The translations under genes and the position numbers were made by a program. This document shows, in pieces, positions 1 to 9,804 of a stretch of 20,000 bases of DNA (positions are counted from its first letter, which is position 1; each line of letters begins with the position of its first letter). The DNA comes from Halocafeteria seosinensis (Eukaryota). Location: contig LVLI01000072.1 of the NCBI GenBank assembly GCA_001687465.1, positions 51,392 to 71,391 of the forward strand, read 5' to 3'. Under the pieces are notes generated by a model. That model searched no databases and was not told where the DNA came from. It saw only the letters and a program-made list of their open reading frames with translations.

Positions 1-197
1 TGTCGTAAGTTATGTGCTTTCCTAGAGCGCCTTCCTCAAGAAGCGCATGCAAACACAGCCAGTGTTCCTCCGAAACCATCCTCTCACTGCCATGCGGAGA
101 TCATGAAACTACTTAAAGAAACGGTAGCATTGCTATCGTCAGTAACACGTGCTCGACCGGCATCAACATGTGCTGAAGCTATACAGCTTAAGATGAG

Positions 198-1448
198 TTA
201 TTGACTTCTTCGGAAGTGGGGGCAAGATTCGATAACCGGGTTCCCCGGTATGACCCTTTCATGCTTCTGCCTGTAAGCTCTTCGAAAGCATGAGCCACAC
301 ACGGGCAACGTCCTCTTTCCCATGCGGGTTCTTGTTAAAGGGCAGGAACCATCTCCGGTCTTGGTGGAACCTCTACTAGCGCTAGGGTTGGGATTATTAG
401 AAGGGCAAAATACATCCATGGTGCCTGTGGGAGTCGAAGTGCGAGACGCAGTCCCAGAGTCGGTCACGGTGACCGTCGCTGTCGATGTGTGTGTAGGAGA
501 CGCGGAAGACGCAACCCTCGGCGTTACACTTGGTGTTGGAGTTTTGCTAGTGCTTCCGGCTTCTGTGGGACTCCTGGTAGCACTGCGATTGGGAGTATCA
601 GGAGAATGAGAAAATACATCTATGGTGCTTGTGGAAGTCGAAGTTCGAGACGCAGCCCCAGAGCCCGTCATAGTGACCGTTGCTGTCGATAAAGGAGACA
701 CGGAAGCCGTAACCCTCGGCGTTACACTTGGTGCTGGAGTTTTGCTAGGCGTGCTTGTTCCGGTCTTTGTGGGATTCCTAATAGCCCTGGGATTGGAAAT
801 ATTAGGAGAATGAGAAAATACGTCTATGGTCCCTGTGGGACTCCTCGTGGAACTAGGAGTTGGGCTGCTAGAGGATGAAGGGGTCGGTCCTCCATGGGTA
901 ATTGAGAAGACTCCAACACTTTCCCTACGGTTCTTGGTAACTTCGAACTGATGCTCTTCATGAAGAAAGATCCAATTCTCTCCATCATCACTCCCATATA
1001 GTCTCCAGGAAATGGGATCTCTTGCTGGTCTATCATTAGCAGTAAACCATTCGTAGCCGTCGAACTTGTATTCGTTGCCATCACCTGCATCTGAAATTAT
1101 CGAGGATTCTCCCTCCGAATTAGATTGATCGTCTGCGAAATTAAGATCCAGCCATTTGGTGTTTACATCATCCCGCAACTCTGGTGGAAGTTCTCTACGT
1201 CCACCTACTCTACTTCCATCAGCCGGATGTCTACCGCCTGGGTTCGTTATGTCGTTGCTCAGCAGCACTGCAATTTTATTTCTCATTAAATGGAATACCG
1301 ACACTTGAACACCGATGGCCGATCCGGGTTTTCTCTCATAAATAGTCCATTTAATGTACCGGAATTCCACCTCAATGCCGTAAGCCAATGGGACCAAATG
1401 ACAGAGGGAAATCAACAGTAAGAGTAGTTTAAAAAGCAACGCCGTCAT
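198..1448 (-). CDS. Secreted protein: signal peptide + discoidin/F5/8 type C-like domain + Ser/Thr/Pro mucin-like repeats + small Cys-containing C-terminal tail (intronless, 416 aa)
   Basis: Hydrophobic N-terminus MTALLFKLLLLLISLCHLVPLAYG. The motifs DVNTKWLD and YEWFTANDRPARDPISWRLYGSDDGENW resemble the F5/8C-like (TKW...SANDxPxRDPxxWxLxGSxDGxxW) family. A 68-aa S/T/P repeat follows. The paralog at about 2.7-3.6 kb supports the reading frame. Confidence 0.75.
   Translation of the reverse strand: MTALLFKLLLLLISLCHLVPLAYGIEVEFRYIKWTIYERKPGSAIGVQVSVFHLMRNKIAVLLSNDITNPGGRHPADGSRVGGRRELPPELRDDVNTKWLDLNFADDQSNSEGESSIISDAGDGNEYKFDGYEWFTANDRPARDPISWRLYGSDDGENWIFLHEEHQFEVTKNRRESVGVFSITHGGPTPSSSSSPTPSSTRSPTGTIDVFSHSPNISNPRAIRNPTKTGTSTPSKTPAPSVTPRVTASVSPLSTATVTMTGSGAASRTSTSTSTIDVFSHSPDTPNRSATRSPTEAGSTSKTPTPSVTPRVASSASPTHTSTATVTVTDSGTASRTSTPTGTMDVFCPSNNPNPSASRGSTKTGDGSCPLTRTRMGKRTLPVCGSCFRRAYRQKHERVIPGNPVIESCPHFRRSQ
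345..845 (-). repeat. Coding tandem repeat, 204-bp (68-aa) period, about 2.4 copies, mucin-like stalk
   Basis: The anchor aaaatac(a/g)tc(c/t)atggt recurs at 407, 611 and 815 (204-bp spacing); protein units begin TIDVFSHSP / TIDVFSHSP / TMDVFCPS. Confidence 0.9.
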
Positions 1449-2494
1449 ATGGATTCGACTCCAGCGCTCACTCCCTGCAGCTTTTCAGGGCTGGTACTCT
1501 CTCTACTTGAGATCCTTATCCAAAATCACGTAGCGTGTGTCTCTTCTTATGCGCTCATTTCTTCAAGTAAAATTTGCCTGCTATTTGTTTAGGCAGTCTG
1601 GCAGCTGACGATTTCAAACAGAGCCAAATACCCATATTCGCTACGAAGTTCGCTTCTCGTCCTGCGGAATCTCCAATGCCCAACTGAGCAAAGCCACCGT
1701 GTGAGGACGTCACCCCGGAGTTCGAAAGCGAATTTGTATGTTCCAAGCAATTACCCTATTGCAGCACTTTGCTTACAGGTATTTTGTGTTCGGGGCATGC
1801 TAATTAGTTAAAGTCGTCACTTTCTTTAAGGTAACCAATGTATTTCATCCATATCTAGACAGGCAAGTTGTAGAGAACAGCCCCACTGTCACAGGGGGGA
1901 TTTCGATTATGAATCTAAAAATAAACAGAAACGTGCCCAGTCAGGGACTGACAACTCGTCCTATGTGTTCCCAAATGTATATTGTTACTACCCGATGAAC
2001 AAGTGGAGCTATTTGATACGGGAGTTGTGTCTTGTGATGGGCTTCGGGGAAAACGCAATTATGTTCGCGAAGACTATTATAATTTTTGAAAAGATGGACG
2101 TATATTAATTAAGCCAAATGGCTCTTCCTCTTTTAGGCTGTGACAAATGCAGCGATCTAGCATCTGTTGGACTCTAGCAGTACTGTGCATTGCAGCAATG
2201 CCGTTGCTGTGTATTCGCAAACTAGTCTGCGTGAAATGTTTTTTTGGTATTGTGTGAACTGAAGAGCCCACTTTGAATATGATCCACTGAATGGCACTGA
2301 CATGCCTGCTATTTATAAGATCCGAACGAAACAGTTACTTTTTTCTATAATTGCATCCGATTGTTGTTGCCAATACCACCAGTTGTATCTCCTCGTGCAT
2401 AACGTCTCGTCACCGAACTCTTCTCCAACGGCACTTGCTAAAGGTGCATACAGTTGGTGTCGCGATTTCTCCTAAGTTTCCGACGTAGCAACCA

Positions 2495-2638
2495 TGCTGT
2501 GTTCCCTCACGGCGCATGTCAGCAAGGCTGCAGGAACAGCGGGCCCGTCGCTGCTTAACACGGGCGCATACCGCTCCTCGTTAAGAGGATGCGGTCAACT
2601 AGCCGGCCGGTGGGCTATCTGTCACATTTGTGTGTGTG
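2495..2638 (+). mobile_element. Dispersed 144-bp repeat, copy A (putative 5'-truncated non-LTR retroelement/SINE 3' end with TG tail)
   Basis: 141/144 identical to 8918-9061; ends in tgggctatctgtcacatt followed by (tg)n. The repeat is certain; the element class is inferred. Confidence 0.6.
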
Positions 2639-2699
2639 ACCATGACTCATCCCTAAGCTTCAATATTCGAGGAGTCCAGCACCAGCACTATGCCTTACG

Positions 2700-3630
2700 A
2701 GATGAGTTATTGAGTACTTCGGGAGTGAGAGGCTCACTGAGAGCAAGGTCCGATAATCGGGCTTCCCGTCAGTGCTCCTTGGTGCTTCTGCCTGTAGATT
2801 CTCCGAAAGCAGGAGCCGCACACGGGCAACGCCCTTTCTCCCACACGCCTTTCAGAAACGGACTATACATCCACTGTCTCTGTGGGACTTCTACTACACT
2901 CCTGGTAACACTGGCATTGGGAGTATCAGGAGAATGAAAAAATACATCTATAGTGCTTGGGGGAGTCGAAGTGCGAGACGCAGTTCCAGAGCCCGTCATA
3001 GTGACCGTTGCTGTCGATATGTGTACCGGTAAAGGAGACGCGGAAGCCGTAACGCTCGGTGTTACACTTGTTGTTGGAGTTTTGCTAGGCGTGCTTGTTC
3101 CGATCTTTGTGGGACTCCTAATATCCCTGGGATTGGAAATATTTTCCCTACGGTTCTTGGTAACTTCGAACTGATGCTCTTCATGAAGAAACATCCAATT
3201 CTCTCCATCATCACTCCCATACAGTCTCCAGGAAATGGGATCTCTTGCTGGTCTATCATTAGCAGTAAACCATTCGTAGCCGTCGAACTTGTATTCGTTG
3301 CCATCACCTGCATCTGAAATTATCGAGGATTCTCCCTCCGAATTAGATTGATCGTCTGCGAAATTAAGATCCAGCCATTTGGTGTTTACATCATCCCGCA
3401 ACTCTGACGGAAGTTCTTTATCTCCAGCCGGATGTCTACCGCCTGGGTTCGTTATGTCGTTGCTCAGCAGCACCGCAATTCAATTTCTCATTAAATGGAA
3501 TACCGACACTTGAACACAAGATCTGCCATTGCATGTGTCACTCACACCAGGTCTTCTCTCATAAATAGTCCATTTGATGTACCGGAATTTCACATCAAAG
3601 CCGTAAGCCAATGGGGCCAAATGACAGAGG
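2700..3630 (-). pseudogene. Degraded tandem paralog of the 198-1448 secreted discoidin/mucin gene
   Basis: Aligns to 191-1408. Signal peptide start is lost, AAA(K) is replaced by in-frame TGA in MRN*IAV (about 3480-3482), about 120 bp is deleted at about 3143, the repeat array is shortened, and a frameshift near 2880-2900 puts the conserved LPVCGSCFRR tail out of frame. Confidence 0.8.
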
Positions 3631-4081
3631 CCCCGGTAACATCATAACCCCAGCTCCAACGTTCAACGTGCGGGTTTGCTCCTCTCCTTTATGCGCAGCA
3701 GACTGTGGAAACGTTCATTAGAATGAAATTGACTTAGTGTTTAGGAAGTCAACTATTTCAACAAAACGGAACAAACAATCACTTCCAATCCTCCGATAAT
3801 CGATCGGTGCGGAATAAAACCGCCACTGGAAGGACGCGGAGTTCGGAATTCAATTGGCGGATACCAAGCAAGAAGCCTACTGCAACACTTTGCTTACAGG
3901 AACTTGGTGAGTGGGACCTGCGATTTGGTTGAGGCAGTCATTTTCTTTGAGGAGACCTGTGTATTGTACAATTGTACCTATACAGTATACACTGTGCAGT
4001 GCAACAGTGCAATTTGGCAGTGTGCGAATCTACACGATCGAAGAAAAAGCAGAAATGCGTGCAGCGAAAGTATTAATCTTG

Positions 4082-5874
4082 CTAAATTGTTCGGGCAATA
4101 AGCTCCTTCATTATCTCGTTACTCCCTCCGTAAATTGTCTGCACTCTGGCATCTTGATAGGCTCGGCACACAGGATGTTCAGCCATATATCCCATACCAC
4201 CATGTAGTTGAACAGCATGCCCAGCTATCTGCAGAAAGCATACACGTAACACAAACTGGAAGCAAAATTCATATTCGATACTTCTTACCTCATTCTGGAG
4301 ATCAGAGCACCAGTATTTGGCCATGCTAGCCGACTGAGGATCTAGTTTTCCTTGTGAGTGCAGATCTATACAGGTGTCTACAAAACTTCTGGCAACAGCA
4401 ATTTGGGTCTTCATCTCTGCCATCCTATGCCGAATAGCTTGTAGCTTATGAAGCGTTTTGCCGAAAGCATTTCTCTGCCTAACCCATTCACGTGTAGTTT
4501 CATAGAGTGCTTCGGCACTCGAAACAGCAATATCCTGTCAGGAAGAGGAAGCCAATCATTTGAGTGAAAACTACAGGAAGAAAAATGTGTAAACCATCAT
4601 AGCTCAACTTACGGCGATCAAGAGTCTTTCTTGAGGCAATTCGTTCATGAGCATGTAAAATCCCTCGTCTTTGTTGCCCAACATATCTGCTTCCGATAAT
4701 TCAACTGAATCGAAAAAGAGCTCTGCTGTATCTTGTGCCTGCAAGCAGAGCTCCATGATTCACCCTTCGAGAACATAGAAATAGTGTCAGTCCTTACCTT
4801 CATGCCCATTTTCTTCAGATTTTTGCCTTTATCAAATCCCTTCATACCATCCTCTACCAAAAATAAGCTGAATCCGTGAGCTCCTTTTTCAGGAGAGGTT
4901 TTGGCGACTACAATAACGACGTCGGAATGGATCCCGTTCGATATATAAGTCTTGGAGCCGTTGAGAATAAATTCTGCGGTGGTTTTGTCACCCTGAAATC
5001 TACATCGCGCATTGTACAAGAGAATTCACGCAACATACTATCTCCATCTTGTTTGGCAGAGGTTTCTAGGTTCTGTAGGTCACTCCCAGCTCCGGGCTCA
5101 GTCATAGCAATGGCGCCAATGAATTCACCGCTAATAAGCTTAGGCAGGTACTTTGCTTTCTGTTCCTGACTTCCATATTTCGCAATGTATGGGAGCACAA
5201 TGTCACTGTAAATTTTCGATATTGCACCCATCTACTCATGCTCAGAAATTGTAGCACCAAGGTGGGAATCAGTACGACATACCTGTGGATCGTAAATCCT
5301 GGACCCGAGCAATAAGAATAGCTCTGCTCTTCCCACATGATGGCGGCGTATTTGACGTCGGCTTCCGCGCCTCCGTACTCTGCGTCGTTGCAATTGCTTT
5401 TAAAGGATATTATAAGAATCTTCGTCCTCCCTTCCCCTATATAAAGGAGCTTACCTTCGGGCATCGTCAGTCCTAATAACTGATTGCTTCCCGCGTCCTC
5501 CCATACCGAGCGAGGTACCATTCCTTGCTCTTCCCAATCATCATGGTACGGCACCGCCTGCGTGCGCACATTGCTTCAATTAAATTCGAGAAGTTCCAGG
5601 GCATCCTCCACAGGAAAAAGAGAGAGGCTCTCTTGGTGTGTGTATATAACGACGTCGCACAGGCACCACTTCCATTCCATACCTTATTCTGCCACCATTT
5701 TCGGACGGTATCTCTGAACATATCATGCTCCTCGTTGAAAATACGGCGTGTCCCCGTATCCGTCAGCCGCTCTGCTTGCTGCACCTCGGGCCGGAAAGTG
5801 CTCATGGACTTGACGGAAAGCTGTGAAAAGCCTCGGAACGCGCGAGGGAAGCGCACAGCATGTTGGGAGAGCAT
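4082..5874 (-). CDS. ACADL: Mitochondrial long-chain specific acyl-CoA dehydrogenase (LCAD-type), 8 exons, 417 aa
   Basis: Exons 5874-5683, 5557-5455, 5379-5283, 5205-5039, 4973-4798, 4738-4613, 4534-4289, 4228-4082 join in frame over GT-AG introns. Motifs include IGAIAMTEPGAGSDLQ, LNGSKTYISNG, KKMGMKAQDTAELFFD, ELPQERLLIA (LCAD-type catalytic Glu), VQLHGGMGYM and ARVQTIYGGSNEIMKELIAR. The N-terminus is an Arg-rich, acid-free presequence. Confidence 0.95.
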
Positions 5875-6921
5875 AGTTATTATATTTACTATGCACGCGC
5901 AGTTGAGATACGACACAACCAAATACAAGTGGCTTCGGGGCTGTAGTCTACAGCCTGTAGTGAGCCCGTTACTGTATGGATCATAGGAGGGCTTGTGAAG
6001 ACCGGGGAGGGCACCAGCCGCGAGGAAGTGTTAAGTACAGCACAAGTTAAGCGTTCTTGCCAAACTACCGACGCCATGCCTCGAGCTTTCCTCATGGTTG
6101 CATACACCTCGGAAATACATTGTACGTCTTGATGTCCCGAGCACTGCCTGGCTTCCAGATGTCACATGTGTGTGTATCCTTTGGTGCTTGAAGAAGTGCC
6201 AAAACCGACGCTGAAGGAGTAAATACCTGGTTTTGTCTGATCGTTGCACAGCTTTCTATCTCCTGAGCAGAAGCAGTCAAATTCTTAGTTCCCGAGGGTC
6301 GGACACAGAGGGAAGTCGCACCGTCCTTGTCTTTTATTGACACCCAGCGAATTTCAGGAAATGCCTCAAAGTTCTTTTGCCGCCGACACGGAGGTCTCAC
6401 GGTGACGATCGGTTTCCGCCACTACAAACTAGGAACGATACCTTACGGAGCAGGATTGTGAACGACTCACCGCCCATCCACAACTGCGTCATTAAGTAGC
6501 TATGAACAAATTAAATATTGGGTCCATGAGCGTTCTCTTGGGGCCAGTACTGTCGACTGCAACGTACACGAAAAGTACTGAGTAGACGAGGAAGAAGAAA
6601 ACGTCCTGTCTATGCTGACATTTCTGGGTACCTTTGGCAAGGTGAACTTCTGCGAGTTCGCAAGTGGCTAAGATCTGTTAACTTCCCTGTTTTCAAACCT
6701 AGGTAAATTTGCTGCAGCTGTAAAGCTAAACTGGTATGGTTGAGTCCATGATCTTGCACAGGGCGATAAGAAATCGAGTTTGCGCCCGCTCCTCTGTCGT
6801 ATAGACCCCTCGAGATATCGCGGAACCCACCACGGAGAGCCGTTTCTGAGAAGGATGTGCCGGTGCGTAGAACTGATATGGAGAATAGAAGCTGGTATCA
6901 AATATCTGAATGTTGCATTTC

Positions 6922-7964
6922 TCAGTCGGTGTGTCGGTGGTCGCTGTCAATTTTTCTCTTGGGTGCCGCGAAGGCGGAACGCGTCACATTCGGCGTTCCT
7001 GTCAGCAGCTGTTTAATTATTTGTAGCCATGTATCTTTGGTGTCAGCAGTATTAGCAAGTACCGGATCTGCAGTGGTATTAGGAAGTACCGGATCTGCGA
7101 CCTCATTCTCCGGGGTTGCCCACGCCTGTCTCCGTGTGCGTCCATGGGCACGGACGTCCGTATAAACAGGTTTCCTTTCGCTGTCATGATTGGAGTTTGG
7201 CGGTCTTTCGCTTCCAAAGCCCTCTTCAACTTCCGCTAACTTTGAAACATGTCTTCGTATTTCCTGTAGCAAGACTTAAGTTGACGCAGTCATTGGCGGG
7301 GGCGGCCACTTCTGAGATCAACTTACGCGATGATAGTCCCCTTTCCTGCTATTAAGGTACACTAAAGCAACGAATATAAGGATTTCGGTCACTGTCAAGC
7401 CCGTCGGCCATAGGAGCGCCTGTCCAAACATGGGCATCATTACGGCAGCGAGTAGTCCCCCTTCAAGAAATAACAAGGCACCGGTGATCCACTCTGCACG
7501 GGAGAGCATTGCGGTGAATATAGCCTGTTCGACCTCGTCAAGGATGAAACTGGTCATCTTTCTTCTCATATTTGTGTAGTGCGTCTTCGACTACACCCAA
7601 GCCTCGATGCATTACGACATCCATCCACGTCTGCAGATTGCCCCACATAAGAATTCACGTACAGTAGATGCCTCAGCCTCCAGAGGACCAAACATACCTC
7701 GATGAGCGTACTGATCTTCTTCAGTGTGACGAGGGAAAAGATGATTGTCCCCAAAAAAATCGCGACGGAGCAGGCTATGTACCAGTCTCTGTATTCTTCG
7801 GGTGGCGGCCAATCCTGTATGGCATCGAAACCCAACAATAACGTTTCAGCTCCAAACGCTACTGCGAATAATAAAAACCAAATCGTTTGTCCATAGAGAA
7901 GCACTACACACTGTACGAAGCAGTGCAAGTTGTACACTGATGCGACGTACTGCGATGGAGCCAT
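6922..7964 (-). CDS. Hypothetical multi-pass membrane protein with hydrophilic C-terminal tail (about 290 aa, 3 exons)
   Basis: Exons 7964-7698, 7590-7327 and 7263-6922 join in frame (donors GTATGT, GTAAGT; acceptors TGTAG, TACAG). Several hydrophobic segments are present (TIWFLLFAVAFGAETLLLG, WYIACSVAIFLGTIIFSLVTL, WITGALLFLEGGLLAAVMM, ILIFVALVYL). The first acceptor and the 3' end are uncertain. Confidence 0.5.
7049..7098 (+). repeat. 27-bp-period tandem duplication inside the membrane-protein tail (ADPVLPNTT / ADPVLANTA)
   Basis: gtattagcaagtaccggatctgc (7049-7071) and gtattaggaagtaccggatctgc (7076-7098). Confidence 0.85.
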
Positions 7965-8139
7965 AGTGTTCGTTTCAAGGGGATAAAGAGTCCCGCCCAA
8001 TCAGTCCGATAACGCGGCGCTGGACGCGTGCGAGAGAAGGGCAGCATAGCAAATAATGATACGAGTGCAATTCTTAGTAGCAAGAGGGCAAGAGGGGGGG
8101 AGCAATGTCGGAGATGGTGCAATAACTTGTTTGATGCCG

Positions 8140-8361
8140 GGGGTCACATGGTCGCAGGCGTGTCGCATCATGATTCATGACTCACATTGTCGCATGTGAG
8201 CTTATTTCTTTTTTTTTGCTAATAATATTGTATATTCATGAGGTTGAAGGGAATCAGAATACCTAAAATTACTCCCCCAGCGAGTCCGGACGCCCCACAT
8301 GTGAGTTATATCCTATGGAATTCTACAGACCCCTCCTGACTGGTGGGGTCACATGGTCGCA
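8140..8361 (+). repeat. 17-bp perfect direct repeat ggggtcacatggtcgca flanking a 188-bp segment
   Basis: Identical copies at 8140-8156 and 8345-8361. Confidence 0.85.
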
Positions 8362-8364
8362 TGT

Positions 8365-8396
8365 TGGGCTATCTGTCACATTTGTGTGTGTGTGTG
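8365..8396 (+). mobile_element. Isolated 3' terminus of the dispersed repeat (copy C): tgggctatctgtcacatt + (TG)7
   Basis: Identical to the last about 28 bp of copies A and B. Confidence 0.6.
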
Positions 8397-8917
8397 GTAC
8401 AACAGGAAACCACCTCACCATGTCAGTTGAACAGGACAAAATCGCGGTGCGGAGGCCTGAGAGGGGGGTCAACCACACGGAAACTATTATCGTGACGGAG
8501 GCGAAGGGTGGTTTCGGGAAGATGTCACCAAGTTTCTGAAAAACGATTACCAGGAAAGCAACGGACTCTCGCTGGGGAACAGGGAGATGCGAAACTTTTG
8601 GAGCTGAGGATAACCAAGCTGCCTATTACGTTAATGCGGTGAAGCTACACACAAATCCGAAGATGCTGGAGCGTGTTCGAATAGGGTTCACTCCTCACAC
8701 GGCCTAGTGTAGCATGTAGACTAGGCTTCTTCTGCAGAAGCAATACCCACTGGACAATCTGGCTCTACCCATATCGGCCAGGGTCGTAATGTGCGTCACA
8801 CTGAGATGGTCGGATACCCTGGAATCGAAAAAGTTCCGAAGTAAGAGGATGAGCTTCTCGCATAAGAAAGCATCACGAATCATGGCTCCTCCCCCGATGC
8901 CTCCTGAGCTTAACCAG

Positions 8918-9061
8918 TGCTGTGTTCCCTCACGGCGCATGTCAGCAAGGCTGCAGGAACAGCGGGCCCGTCGCTGCTTAACACGGACGCATACCGCTCC
9001 TCGTTAAGAGGATGCGGTCAACTTCCCGGCCGGTGGGCTATCTGTCACATTTGTGTGTGTG
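8918..9061 (+). mobile_element. Dispersed 144-bp repeat, copy B (may extend upstream toward 8397)
   Basis: 3 mismatches versus 2495-2638; same hairpin and TG tail. Confidence 0.6.
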
Positions 9062-9804
9062 TCGAATCATACTGATCATAGAAACGTAATGAGAATCGTA
9101 CGACACTTAGGCAGTGACTGAGACTAACAGTCACTAACTCCTTCACCAATTTGACCACAAATGGCAACCACCACGGTACAAGACGACACAAGACGAATCC
9201 ACATGACCTGTATCGCATGCAAGGTACACAACACTTCTCCGGAGCAAGGAGCAACACAGCTAGCCCTTGATTATGAGTAAATGGTTCTGGTCTTAAGATT
9301 CTAAAGAATGGGTTTGGCGGCTACAATCTCCCGAACAGAAACATTAACCAGCAGCCTTACAAAGGATGAAACGAGAGTGTCTCATATCACTAGGTATACT
9401 GTTTCACCTGGGTGGGAAGCCTCAGCGAGCGTTTGGAACCCGTGGAATGCGCATTGTGGAGATCCACCGGCTGCTACCTCAGTGCAGCGGCTCAAGTCCT
9501 GCTGCCGGACTATTGCATTCATGGGTCAGAGTCAGAGAACATGCTGATGATGGAAAGAATCGGAGAGATAGTGAGAAGGCAAAAAAGAAAACGATTTTAC
9601 GTTGACGAGCCAGATTGCAACTGCGGGCGAGCTTCACGACGAAGTTAACTTGACGTTGCAGCGGAAGTCGAAGTTCCGTTCGACTTTGAGCCAGTGACTG
9701 AACATTAGCCTGAGTTGAGCATACATATATACACCGCAACCTCTTGCTACAGAATATTACTTGCTCCACAATATTACTCTCCTCTGCAACACTGACGCAT
9801 CATA

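Noticed and set aside
322..813. Val/Gly-rich + strand ORFs (also 2953-3174)
   Set aside because: Antisense shadows of the Thr/Pro/Ser mucin repeats.
2560..2620. HDV-like ribozyme suggested by tcctcg and gccggc
   Set aside because: The required P3, P1 and P2 pairings could not be formed; no hammerhead CUGAnGA/GAAA core either.
3480..3482. In-frame TGA (and the stops in the malectin-like relic) as evidence of stop-codon reassignment or selenocysteine
   Set aside because: It aligns with Lys in the paralog, the copy has other lesions, and intact genes here end in TAA, TAG and TGA with none internal.
5990..6920. Short minus-strand ORFs as a continuation of the membrane gene
   Set aside because: I could not build a consistent splice model or recognise any motif; left unannotated.
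7538..7697. Membrane gene as a frameshifted pseudogene using the acceptor at 7631
   Set aside because: The alternative acceptor at 7591 gives a continuous frame, so no lesion is required.
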